Shown here piece after piece: positions 23,609-36,410 of a stretch of DNA of 64,000 bases (its first letter is position 1; every line of letters begins with the position of its first letter). This stretch comes from Lama guanicoe. Taxonomy: Eukaryota. Below the pieces are notes generated by a model, which saw nothing but the letters and a program-made list of their open reading frames with translations, had not been told where the DNA came from and did not search any database. The translations under genes were made by a program, and so were the position numbers. Where the stretch lies: NCBI GenBank assembly GCA_013239625.1, contig MU053881.1:10530873-10594872 (forward strand). Direction: 5' to 3'.

Positions 23609-24143
23609 TGTAATAGAAAAGAACAAATCTGACTCCATATTAGATCTAGTCCTTTGGCTTTAAACCTGTGCCCTGTTTTCTAGGCTTAGTCTTGCTGGTT
23701 CTGCACCTTTTGCAAAAGAATGTTGCCTAGAGCCTGAAATATACAGGAGAGCCCATTCTCAAGGCTCTGACCTTTAAGGATATTAACATTTTTGCACTTA
23801 CATAAAGATGAGTTGTAGAATAGAAAATAACATTTGTTTTATTAGAGGTTTTACAGGGGTACCATGATCTGACCCACATGGACAGCTGCAAGAACAAAGG
23901 ATTTCAAGAACAAAGAATTCCTACACCAAGGAGTCTGTAACAACCAACCACAACCCCTCCTCCTTTTAGTATAAAAGGAGCCTGAATTCTGACTTGGGGA
24001 AGCTGGTTCTCCAGGACATGAGCCTGCCATCTTCTTGGTCTGCTGGCTTTCCCAAGAAAGTCGCTATTCCTTGCCCCAGCACCTCGTCTCCCAACTTACT
24101 GGCCTGTTGTGTGGCGAGCAGAATGAGTTTGGACTTCGTAACA
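23609..24143 (+). mobile_element. ERV1 solo LTR (MER41-like)
   Basis: TGTAA...TAACA termini; 4-bp TSD ATAG (23605-23608) / GTAG (24144-24147); 5' GACTCCATATTAGA motif; TATAAAA at 23970; U5 GGCCTGTTGTGTGGCGAGCAG. Confidence 0.88.
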
Positions 24144-26910
24144 GTAGGTTGTCAACAACTTGATAATGCTTTTGTCCTGATTAAATAAATAAAATTGTGT
24201 TTGCTTATGTTGCTTATAATCCCTGCCTTTTCTTTTACCTTCATTTCCTTATTTCTTCTTACGCTTCTGGCTCAGACTCCATCATAACCGTAATTGATTT
24301 CTTTCATTTATTTCAGAAGCCACTGATGTTTTTTCTCTCCCTCTTCCTCTCCTTCTTTCCCTCCCTCTCTTTCTATTCCTCTGTCCTTGGACGTATATGT
24401 GCTATCTTCTCTACCAGAACATTTCTAGCCATGCCTGCTTATCTGGTGGATTCTTTCTCATCCTTCAGTCCAGCCTCTCCAAGCTGGACCACTGGCTTCC
24501 TTCTCAGCATTTTGTGGCTGCTGACTTACTCCTGCACGTCATTTATCACACTGTACTGTAATTACCTGTTTTCTTGTGTGTATCTCCCACCACTGCATAA
24601 GCTCTGAAAGAGCTAAACTTATGTCTATTCTTCTCACTTGTTCATCATTTGAGCCTGATTTCCTGACACAGTGTCTAAATAAAGTGCATAGTGAATTGAT
24701 AATTATTTATTAAATACAGAGAGATCATGATTTTTTTTAGCTGCAACATGAAATGACAATTTGAGATTTATTAGAATTGTGTGCTCAATTAAAGTAGATA
24801 AATTTGGAGCTAAAAAAATGCTAAATCCAGTAATTTATCCTTTTCAGTCATTTTTGTTACTATATACCACCTCGTCTTATTATTCCAGTGTGCCATTGGG
24901 TACAGGCTTTGTCCTCACCATGTAATTACAAATCCCTTAAGTAGTCAATGTCTCCCATGGTGTAAAAGATGCAATAGGGACTCAGGGAATAATTCACAAT
25001 TAATAAAATAATTTTCTTTAAAACATTGGGGCTTTTAAAAATTGAGGTTGAGTTTGTTACTTGCAACTAGCTGCTTTAAATTTAAGAGTGGACTTTATGT
25101 CATTATCTTTTCTTTGAAGGTTTTCTTTATGGTATATCTTTTGCTTGGGCAATCCTATTTATTAAATCTCAAAGAAAACTGAAAGATCACAGACTGGGTA
25201 GATATTTACACTTGGATCATAACATATACATCAAAAGAAAGATTGAGTAGCTACCATGAAGGCCAACTGAAATGTAAGCAATGTGTCTGTGTATTTCAGG
25301 TTGCATTTTTATTACCAGATTTTTTTTTAAAGGAAAAGAAGATATATTTTCAGAAATCATTCATTCTACTGCTAGGGTTTCATCTGGTGGTGAATATTAC
25401 AATGCATTATATATGAGCTATATAAGCACTAAAAGCAAAAGAACAGTTATTTCACTCCTGCAGAGTCAACATTTGCTTACAAGAATTATTATCCATAATT
25501 CTGGATGTAGAATTTCCCCCTTAATTAAATTTCTCTTCTTTCAGTTAGAGATGTGAAACAAGTTGGCTCTATTTTACCAAAGCAGAAAAAGAAATAAACT
25601 GAGAAGTGAAAATCTATCTTCATATGAAAGTTCAAGCTTACCCCGATGCCTTTAAAAATCATTAAAGGAACTATAATAAATTGTCTCCTTTGAAATGGAA
25701 ATTACATAAGTTCCAAATTCACTTTTCAGGAACTTTTTTTTAAACTCCTGGATGATATGTTCTCAATATGATTTCTTCCAGATCACACTTTTCCTTTTCT
25801 TTCACCTCCAGGTTTAATCCCAATCAAAGCTAGCAAGTTCCATCCCTGTGGGGCACTAAAGAGAATTGTTTCACATTGTTACTGGCAGGATTTGTGACTT
25901 TAATTATTTTTGCAATTATTTGCTACAATTCAACTGTGATTTTACTCTATAATCACAGTTTTACTTCCTGATCAATTATTTGATGCCTCTTCAAAACAAT
26001 TCAGCTAATCTAACTGTGGGACTTACACATTATGTTGTTTCGTTAAGTGCTCATACTTTAGTTCCTTGTTGGAATACTTCAGAAAAGCAATAAATGCCCC
26101 TTCCCATGGGGCATACAGAGCTTCGCAACCTTTCTGTAACAATTTAATTAGCAAAATTATCAAAAAGATACTTCATAGCATTGTGATGTTTCAGCTCATT
26201 TTATAATTCCAACCAATAGCCCTTCTACTCGGCTACTCAAATATGCAAATCTAGATCATTATTAAGTTACTGAGCAAAATAGTTCACTTCTTTAAAGAGA
26301 TACCCAAAAGTCACAGTCATTTTTATTTATGTTTGGTACAGAAGATATATTTATGCTGAGTATTCTCTTGCATATTTGTGTTGAAAATGTTCACAAGTAC
26401 ATTTTCCCCTACCCATTCTTTTATTTATTTATTTATCTATTTTGTACTAGGCAAGCTTATCTGACTTTCTTATCTTAATGAAAATGCAATGCATATCTTC
26501 AGGGAATTTTTTTTTAATTGAGAGAAAAGAACTCATATACATGAATTCAAATTTTACACAATTGTCAAATTATTTTTAAGAGATGGGAGTTACGATGAGT
26601 TTCAAAACATAATTTCTCTTTCATCTCATCAGTGTGACCATTCAGGTTTGCTATTAGCCAAGATGTATCTTGGCATCTCGCATGAAATGATTTTTTTCAA
26701 AGTGTTCCATAAAATATCTGCTGCTAGATATGGCAGAAATATAATTTGGTCAGGATGAATAAACCAAGTCAAACAACAAATCTGATCAGATAACTTAGCT
26801 ACAAAGTTTTAGATTTCTAAACTACTGCTCTCATGTCAATCAACTATGCTGTTTTCCAAGAGCTGGGAAGAATGTGGACTTCAAAGCTAGGAACATTTTG
26901 GCTTACTCAC

Positions 26911-27428
26911 TGTCATAGTTTCCTATTGTTGCTCCAACAAATTACTGCAAACTTAATAGCCTGAAACAACATAAATGTATTATCTTACAGCTATGGGTAT
27001 CACAAGTCCAAAATGGGTCTTCTGGGCTAAAATCAAAGCATCTGCATGGTCGCATTACTTTCTAGAGGTTCTAAGGAAGAGTCTATTCTTGACTTTCCCA
27101 GCTTCTAGAGGTTTTATAATTTCCTTGGCTCATAACTCCTCTTCTCCATCTTCAAAGCCAGTAATGACCAGTTGAGTCTTTCTCTCATCACATCACTCTG
27201 ACATGGACACTCCTACCTCCACTGTCCTTCACATTTAAGGACTCTTGTGATTTTATTAGGTCCATCTGGACAAGCCAGGATAAAATCTCCATTTTTAAGG
27301 TAAGCTAATTAGAAACTTTAATTTCATCTGCATCCTTCTTTTTCCTTTGCTGTGCAACGTAACATATTCACAGATTCAGTGGATGAGGACATAAATGTCT
27401 TTGGGAGGCCATTATTCTGTTTACCACA
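26911..27428 (-). mobile_element. MaLR LTR (MLT1D-like), full length
   Basis: Starts TGTCATAGTTTCCTATTGTTGCTCCAACAAATTAC and ends TCTTTGGGAGGCCATTATTCTGTTTACCACA. Confidence 0.88.
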
Positions 27429-28199
27429 CTGAGGAATACTCAGAACCTTTAATACAAGCTACATAAACACTTTGAAGCAGACCTTCCAATACCTGGATGT
27501 TTAATTTTGGAGCATTTTAGGGGGCCTTCTTCAAGTTGCTTCTGGCTCATATTTCCTTGTTATAAACCAGATAAAAGTAGAATAAATACTATGAGCTTTT
27601 TATAAACTTTTATAATTTCAACACCAATTTTATGGACAATTTCATGTTTGTACTTTGAAAACTGCCATGCCTAGATTCAGCCAAATATTACATTTGGGAG
27701 CTGTTTTCTATTAACTTGTATCATATTGCAAGTGGAAATCTGTCTCAGTCAGCATAAGAAACAAATGCAAACATAATAGAAAAAAGAAAAAAATCAGAGC
27801 AATGCTGAAATTAAAATTAGAATAGAATCCATGGACTTTTATTTTTTGTATTTCTCTCTACCTGAAGTCCCACATTCATCCTTTAGAACTAGACAAAAAG
27901 AAATAAAGACAAGCAAATAAAACAAAAACTAAGAAAATAAAAGGAATAGTTTCATTAATTTGCCTACCTGCCATTTCTGATTCATTCATCTTTTCATTCT
28001 TTATTTCTCCAGTAAGAGAAACCTCTGTCTATCTGTCTATCTATCTATCCAATCATTCAGCTAGTCACTCACTCACCAAACATTTACAAAAAATTACAGT
28101 GACAGGAAACAGATACTAAATTTTAAAGCATTAATAATTTAGTGTACTACTAGGTCATTAATAGATAAATTATGAGAGAATCCAAAAATATGAAAAAAA

Positions 28200-29095
28200 A
28201 TACATTCTAGAAATTAGTGCAGGATAAAGGGGTAACCCAATCAGTGAGGAAAAGATAGATTACCAATATCAGTGTGGGCAAAATAAAGAGAATAATGCCT
28301 CTAATATGCACTGGTATATAGCTGGAAAATTGAAAAACTAAGCACCAATAACCCAACACAAAAACTGAGTGAGAAATGGGAACACTCAATTCACAGAAGG
28401 AATGTAAAAACAGTTTTAAACATAAGCAGAGATACTTAACCCTAATATTATTAAAACAAAAATCACTACCACGCTGAATCATTCCTTTTGACCTATTATA
28501 TTAGCAAAGCTCAGTAACATACTCTCTTAGAAAGGCTATGGGGGAAACGGGGATTTTCTTATACAGCTGGTAGGAAAGTAGAATGTTAACTTAATCTCTG
28601 TATAAGGCAAGCCAGTCATTGTTGTCAATATTATAAACATACGTAACTTTTGATCTAGTAATTCCACTATTACGAACATATCCTGCAGATATACTTGCAT
28701 GTGTGTCAAATGATCTGTGTAATTGCTATTTCTTGTAGTAATGTTTTTAATAGCAAGAGATTAGAAACAAACCTCCATCAGTGGAAGACTGCTTTAATGT
28801 ATCTGTACATATAACGGGTGAAAAAAGACAAGGTAAAGAAAAAGGTGTGATCTCTTATCTTTTGAATAGAGAAGAAGGCTAAGTGAAGGATCTACATTCA
28901 CATTTGCTTGTGTGGCATACAGGTTCTTGGACATTAAATAAAGAATAGTGGCTCTCAGTGGACTGAGAAAAATGGATAGATGGGAGGCAAGAACAGGAAA
29001 AGAATATTTTAATTTTCTCATTATATATAACTGTTTTGTTTTTTAACAATATAAATGTAATTTTACCCAAGCATTGAATGGAAACAAATAAAGAA
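28200..29095 (+). mobile_element. Old L1 (L1ME-like) ORF2 end / 3' UTR
   Basis: CAATTCACAGAAG, GCTGGTAGGAAAGTAGAATG, CTTTTGATCTAGTAATTCCACT and TTTTTAATAGCAAGAGATTAGAAACAA. Confidence 0.7.
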
Positions 29096-29779
29096 AAACC
29101 ACAAATGCGATTGTTCCCCACCTCTCATGTAGTACTTGGTTTCCCTATAGAATCCACTTTCTCTAATCAAAGAATGGGAGGATGCTTTTAACACAGTGAG
29201 CATAGGAAAAATTTGAAGAGTTACCAGCCAACTGAGATTTGGCTATTCCAGGTGAAGATAAATATGAATGGGCAATTCATAGGGCATAATATTATTAAAA
29301 GTAATTCATATTTTTCTTCTCTGGAGAGATTAACATGTTTTGGCTTTCTTGAGTCCAGGAAGAAACCATCTCTCTCTTTGAAAAGACAAAGGAATTGAGA
29401 TCCTAATCCAAATTTTACTTTGAAGTTATGTTAGTTTGTTCAGCTTGACAATAAGAGAACTGTTTTCTTCCTCTTTGTCATTGATCTTGTCTGTGATATA
29501 TTGTATTTTAAGAACATGAAGGCAAGCTATGCAGGTGCAGAACTGTAATGTAAGTCAACCTGCCATTCAATGCACTAATCCTCTAAATATCTCAACTGTC
29601 AAGTAACAGATACCTGGGAGCTCATGTGCAGCAGGTAAAGAAAATCACTAGATAGTAACTAAAAGAAAGAAAAAAATGTTCAAAGGAAAACTAGACACCC
29701 ATGTCGTGATATAGTTTTCCATCCCAAATGTGGAAAGGAATGATACAGTGTTATTTTGATCTTACACAGTATGAGTGTA

Positions 29780-29990
29780 TATGCAAATAGTATATCCCAG
29801 CTACTCTACTAAACACTTTATATCATTTAAACTTCACAGGAACTATGTGAGGTGGATATTCATTTGCCCTATTTTGCAAGTGAGAAAATATGGGCTCAAA
29901 ATGTTAAGAAACTCATCTAAGGTCAAAGGGATTGGAGCTGAGATTCAAATCAATGCTTTTTGATTTCAAAACAGCAGCGTGGTTCTCACT
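29780..29990 (-). mobile_element. MIR SINE
   Basis: TCATTTAAACTTCACAGGAACTATGTGAGG...CCCTATTTTGCAAGTGAGAAAATATGGGCTCA...GAGCTGAGATTCAAATCC-like core. Confidence 0.75.
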
Positions 29991-32900
29991 AAATTACCAA
30001 TATCTATAAATCTATCCCTGAAACAGCCAGATCTAATTTGGCCGGGAACTATTTAGGTTACTATTGGGTTCTAGGTTTACTATTGTCTTCCCTTCATTCA
30101 GGGTATCAACAACACTCCTACTGACTTTGCTCTCTTACGCACAGCATCACATAAACATTTATACTTGTCCTTGAACTCACAAGGCAGCTTAGCAGATGAG
30201 CTGGATGGCCTGGAAGGGATTCAAGGGAAATAGCAATGCTTTATACATGTGGATATGAAAGTTCAATTAAAATCAGTTAAGTGTCATGTTTAACACTTAA
30301 AGTATCCAAATTAATTTAAAACTTGGAAACACCAGAAGTAAGATAACATTATATTACTGCTACAATTTCTTTTGACCCACAGATCACATTTTACCCATGG
30401 TTCAGGGGAAACCAAATTATTTAAAAGAGTATGTAAGTAAGATTGTTCCCAAATTGTTCCATGGGAAATTCCATTACTGGTGCCAATATAATACAGGTCA
30501 TCATTTTGGAAAACTGTTCATCCTAATTATCTCTTGTTTTGAAAAGTCTGTATTCTCTGTAGATATTCTTTCTCTACATGAAAATGATAAATATATTTTT
30601 AAAATAAAATTATTCCCCCAAAATCAAGCAGGAAATGCTTCATCTGGATTTTTTTAGAAGGCATAAGGCTGTTTTACTGTAACTTACTTTCAATATTACT
30701 TAAAATTTTAAATTTGAAAGGAAGCAAATGTAGTGAACTGGATCTTAGATATGGACAGCTACTAAGAAAGAATTCTTTCAGTGGATTTTCAGCCAGGGAA
30801 AGTGCCCCTGCATCTTTTACCCCTAAAACAAATGATTTCTTGGCTCTGGATAACATAACCCTACATGGTAGATAATTAACTTTGAATCCTAATGCCTTTA
30901 TAAACAAAATTAAGGCCAATGGCTTTTAAGATTATGTGTAAGTCTAGGCACATGTTCATGGCCTTCCCTTCCTCTTTCTCTGCCTTCATCTTGGAACCCT
31001 CTTCACATCTTCATTCTAGCCACACTGGACCATATGGAGCCATAAGGACCTGAATATGGCAAGCTCATTCTCATCTCAGAGACTTAGCGTGTATTTACTC
31101 GATTTCCTTCTTGAAACACTGGTCTCCATATTCCTCCTATGGTGGGTTCCTGATCTCTTCAAGCAGATCTCCACAAAAAAAACTGTGACTTCTGCAGAGA
31201 TACCATCCAGAACACCCCATCAATGTAAAAACCACTGACCAAGCCCACTCACCATCTATTACGTGACTCTGTTCTACTTTCTTCTTCACACATCCATAAA
31301 ATTATAGTTTATACACTTACTTGTTTCATACTCTTATTTTCCACTAAAAATGTAAGTAAGTGTTTCATCTCATACTTGACTGTAGGCCTAGGGCTTGAGA
31401 AAGATGCTGGCACATAATAAATGTATGGTAGGTGTTTTGTTTCATCGGTACCTTTTCAAAGTTTTACTGACGAAAGTGTGGGATACTGAAAAGAAAACTG
31501 GGACAGAAGAGAAAAAAGTGTTCTGATCTATTACGCTGAAGTTATAATTACACATGTGAATATGCAGAATTAAAGACTTTGTTGTTTTAATATGTCCACT
31601 CTATCCCTTCCCTGTCACCCCATTATTGCTATCTACTGAATCACACAGGACACAGCAAGCAGACGGAGTGCTGTCCCATGGAACTTCCCCGTCCCTGTTA
31701 GTTCTGTGTTTGGCTAGCTACATAATTATGGGACAAAACACGCTCACCAGTCTCAGTTTCTTCATTTATAAATGAGCCTGAACACCCTCTAAAACTCTAC
31801 GTGCCATTTTATTAAAATGATATTTTTTTTAAAGGGAAAATCATCTTATAGTATTTAAACATCTTGGTGAATGCATACACACACACACACTGTTTTAAAA
31901 AGAAGATAAAATAGGTTGGCAAATTTGGGATTAAAAGCTAAGACTGCTGCACATATTTCAGCTGAAATTCTGTTTAAAAAAATCTTGCAACATCAAAGCT
32001 CATATAGTCTATTTTTTGCACATGCACTCAAAACCCCTAGAGCAATAGACATGTTTTTAATGACTTAAAAAGTAGAAACTGCCAATTTATTTTGTCTCAA
32101 ATAATTAAATCTTTACTTAATTTCACATATAGTTAGTAATAAGCATCATCTTAGTTTTGAACTTTCAAGTATTCCTCCATTTGCTTTCAGCATGCTACTA
32201 TACTTACCGGAGCTACTTAAGTCTCATGATCAGTTTGAGAACAGCTGCCAAACTTTCACTTCTTAAAAAATAACAACAACAACAAAAAACCACACACACA
32301 CACACTCCAAATGATGTGGGGAACTGTTGAGTCAAGAGATACAAATTACATGAAACCATAAAGTGGCATAATTGAGCAAAGCCATTTTGGTGAGAAACTC
32401 AAAAGGAGGGGGAATCATGTAAATGTGATTATTTCTAATTAGAAACAATAAGTCACCAAATCAAATTATACAATGAAGATTTGATTTAGATCCCTGGAGG
32501 AAAGGAACACATGCATTTGCATTCCTCTCCGGCGTTTCCTTTTCTCTTATTACTTCTCCATGCCTTCTTAGAGCCTTAATTGCTAGTAAGATCATTGCTA
32601 GTGCAGATCTTTGGAACAATTCTGGGCATGTAGGCTGACATTCCAGGAAATATTGATTCCTTCAACATATTCATCAGAAACTTTCAGGATGCATGGAAAG
32701 ATGCCACACGAGGTGTTATAAGATGACATCAAGAGAGCACAAACCTTTCCCAAACCCACTGCCTAAAGTTTCTACATAAACCACGAAAACTGAGATGTAC
32801 TGTGAGACCAAAGTTATGAGTCCTAGATTTGTGATAACCAGTTATGTCATCTAGAACACATTATTTAATAATTAATTTCCTCAAGTCCTTCTCCATAAAA

Positions 32901-33110
32901 TTAAGGGGTGTCTTTGAGAGAGCTACACATTAGCCAAAATTTAAGCAAACTATATTGAGAAGTTACTTTTGCCAGGCATTTGGAGGAGAAACAAATTACG
33001 TACTTAGAGCTTCTGCAAAGTAGGAGCCCAGGAAAGTTTAGAACAGAACAGAAAAGAGCAGAATAGACCTCAGAGGAGTCACCTAGAATTTTATAATTAA
33101 AAACCAGTAA

Positions 33111-35583
33111 GGGAGAATCCTTTCACAACGTACGCAGACAGGCGCAGCTCGTTTTATTGTACTTGGCTTTATCATGCTTCACACATACTGTATTTTTCAC
33201 AAACAGAAGGTCATGGCAAGTCTACCTTGAGCAAGGCTATTGGTGCCATGTTTTTCCAATAGTTGCTCAGTTCCTTACTGTGTCACGTTTTGGTAATTCT
33301 CACAATATTTCAAACTTTCCCACTATTTTTATACTTGTTATGGTGATCTATGAGCGGTGATTTCTGATGTCACTATTGTAATTGTTTGGGAGTGCCGTGA
33401 ACCACAGTCCTATAAGACAGTGAACTTAATCAATAAATGTTATGTGTGTTCCGACTGTTCCCCTGAGCCCGCCGTTCCTCGATCTCTCTTCCTCTCCTTG
33501 GGCCTCCCTGTTCTCTAAGATACGATGATGCTGAAATGAGCCCAGTTAATAACCCTACAAAGATTTCTAAGTCTTTAATGAAAGGAAGATTCTCATCTCT
33601 CTCTCTGTTTAAATCAAAAGTTAGAAATGATTAAGTTTAGTATGGAAGGCACGTTGAAAGCCGAGAGATAGGCCCAAAGTTAGGCCTCCTGTGCCAAACC
33701 ATTAGACAAGCTGCGACTGCAATGAGAAAGTTCTTGAAGAAAATTTAAAGTGCTACTTCAGTGACCACACAAATGATAAGAAAGCAAAGGAGACTCATTG
33801 CTGATAGAGAGAAGATTCAGTGGTCTGGGTAGAAGATCTAACCAGCCACAACATTCCCTTAAGCCAAAGCCCAATCCAGAGCAAGGCCCTGACTTTCTTC
33901 ATGTTAATAAACGCTGAGAGAGATGAGGAAGCTGCAGAAGAGAAGTCTGACGTTAGCAGATGTTGTTTCATGACGTTTAAGGAAAGATGCTCTCTCCGTA
34001 ACATAAAAGTGAAGGGGAAGCAGCCAGTCCAGAAGCTGCAGCAAGTTATCCAGAAGATCTAGATAAGAAAATTCATGAAGGTGTCTACACTACCTCAATG
34101 TAGACAAAATAGCCATATATTGGAAGAAGACGTCACTTAGGACATTCATAGCTAGAGAGGAGAAATTAATGTCTTTCTTCAAAGGACAGGCTGACCATCT
34201 TGTTAGAAGGTAATGGTGAGTCTAAGTTGAAGCTAACGCTCATTGGCCATTCCAAAAATCCTAGGGCCCTTCAAAGTTGTGCTAAATCTACTCTGCGAGT
34301 GCCTTATAAATGGAATAACAAAGCCTGAATATCGGTACCTCTGTTTACAACTTGGTTTACTGAATACTTTAAGGCCACTGTTGAGAGTTACTGCTCAAAA
34401 AAAAAAAAGATAAAAAATAGTCCTTTCAAAATATTACGGCTCACTGACAATGCACCTGGTCACCCAAGAGCTCTGATGGAGATGGACAATGAAACTAATG
34501 TTTTCGTGCCTGTTAACACAACATCCATTCTGCAGCCCATGGATCAAGGACTAATTGTGACTTCCCATTTATTGTTTAAAAAGCACATTTTGTTAAGACT
34601 GTTTGCCATAGATAGTGATTCCTCTGATGGATCTGGGCAAAGTCAGTTGAAACTTTCTGGAAAGGATTCACCTTTCTAGATTCCATGAAAACCATTTTTG
34701 ATTCATGGGAAAAGCCAAAATGTCAACATTAAGAGGAGTTTGGAAGTGTCAGATTTCGACTTTCACGGAAAACTTTTAGGGGTTCAAAATTACAGTGGAG
34801 GAAGTAACCGCAGATGTGGAAGAAACAGCAAGAGAGCTAGAATTGTAAGTGGGGCCTGAAGATGTGACTGATATGCTGTAAGCTTGAGATAAAACTTTAA
34901 CAGATGGGGAGTGGCTTCTTATGGATGAGGAACGAGATTTCTTGAGCTGGAATCTATTCCTGGTGAAAAGGCAGTGAAGATTGTTGAAATGACAACAAAG
35001 GATTTAGAACATTACGTCAACTTTGTTGATAAAGTCCTCGTACAGTTTGCGGGGACTGACTCCAACTCTGAAAGAAGTTCTGTGGGTAAAATGCCATCAG
35101 ACAGCACTGCATGCTACAGGGCAATTTTTTTGTGAAAAGAAGAGTCAAGCAAAGTGGCAAACTCCACTGCTGTCTTATTTAAGAAATTGGCAACTACCAC
35201 ACCCTGATCAGTGGGCGGCCATCCACCTGGAGGCAAGACCGTACACCAGAAAAAAGATGATGACTCTCTAAAGTCTCAAATAATGATTAGCACTTTTGAG
35301 CAATGAAGTATTTTAAATTAAGATATGTACATTTTTCTTAGATCTCATGCCATCCACACTTAACAGACTATAGTATGGTGTAAACATAACTTTCACATGC
35401 ACTGGGACACCAAAAAATCATGTGTGTGACTCACTTCGTTGCCATACTTGCTGTATTGCCGTGGTCTGGAACTGAACCCACGCTTTCTCTGTGGTATGTC
35501 TGTATATCAAATCATCATGTTGTGCACTTTGATAACTTATAATTTTATTAGTCAATTATATGTCATGAGAGCTTTAAAAAAAA
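33111..35583 (+). mobile_element. L1 extreme 3' end, split in two (33111-33138 and 35503-35583) by Tigger1
   Basis: Left GAATCCTTTCACAACGTACGCA joined to right TATATCAAATCATCATGTTGTGCACTTT...GAGCTTTAAAAAAAA gives the same 3' end seen intact at 2634-2737. Confidence 0.8.
33139..35502 (+). mobile_element. Tigger1 (TcMar/pogo) DNA transposon, near full length, transposase inactivated
   Basis: TIRs CAGGCGCAGCTCG...GTGGTATGTCTG followed by TA. ORF remnants match the TIGD1/Tigger1 transposase: WVEDLTSHNIPLSQSPIQSKALT (CENPB-type HTH, 33820-34062) and [12 protein letters not shown] (DDE region, 34476-34679). Many stops and frameshifts. Confidence 0.95.
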
Positions 35584-35589
35584 TTGGTT

Positions 35590-35780
35590 GAGATAGAAGG
35601 CAGATGGGTGGGTTTCAAGGGTTGGGGGGATAGAAACTTCTTCATGGATACGGGGCTTCCTTTTAGGTAATGAAAACATCTTGGAACTAGACAGAGGTGG
35701 TGGTTGTGAACATCCTAAATGCCAGCAAATTGTTTATTTATAATGGTTACTTTCATATGACATCACCTCAAAAAAATTTT
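35590..35780 (+). mobile_element. L1MB-like 3' UTR fragment
   Basis: ATGGATACGGGGCTTCCTTTTAGGTAATGAAAACATCTTGGAACTAGACAGAGGTGGTGGTTG. Confidence 0.75.
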
Positions 35781-36059
35781 AAATGCTTCCATTTTACCTG
35801 GTTGTTCACCTCTGCAACTGACACTGCGTCAGAGGAAGCTACCTACAACCAACTTGTCCAATGGATGACAAGAATATTAAAAATTATTTTTTAAAACCTT
35901 CAAAAAACAAAACACTAAAGAGGTGATTTTAAATTTATTATGCATCTGAATTATGTGTAATTCTTCATTGTCTTCAAACTGAATCTAACAAATAATCCCT
36001 AACAATATTTTCCTGATTGTTTTTTTTTTTTTTGGTCATCTTCTCCTTAATCCCTTTCT

Positions 36060-36410
36060 TTAGACTTAATTCTTTGCAGCTCTTTGAGCACAACATGCAG
36101 TCTCTCATCTCCTGGCCTCTGTCCTCACGGTTTCCTCCAATGGAATATTCTTACTCCTAGAGAAACCATCCTAAACCACTCTAATCATTCTTAACCTTTT
36201 TAACTTGCTTTATTTTTCTTTATCATTGTCTGCCAGTATAATGTATACTTATTCACGAATTTGCTTATTGTCTGACTTCACTACTGTAATGTAAGCTCCT
36301 TGGTAGTAGACGCTTTGTCTGTTCTGTTCCTTACTATCACTCCAGTGCCTAGAGCAGTGCCTTGCTCTTCAGATGAGCACACTAAATGGGTGTTGTCTGA
36401 ATATGTATGG
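36060..36410 (+). mobile_element. L2 3' end
   Basis: TGTAATGTAAGCTCCTTGG...TCACTCCAGTGCCTAGAGCAGTGCC...GCACACTAAATG. Confidence 0.75.

Noticed and set aside
25932..25960. Perfect 10-bp inverted repeat AACTGTGATT-N9-AATCACAGTT
   Set aside because: About one such repeat is expected by chance in 64 kb of AT-rich DNA, and it is too short for a pre-miRNA.
33820..35271. Functional TIGD1-like domesticated transposase gene
   Set aside because: The frame is broken by multiple stops and frameshifts, and the element still has TIRs. It is a decayed transposon copy.
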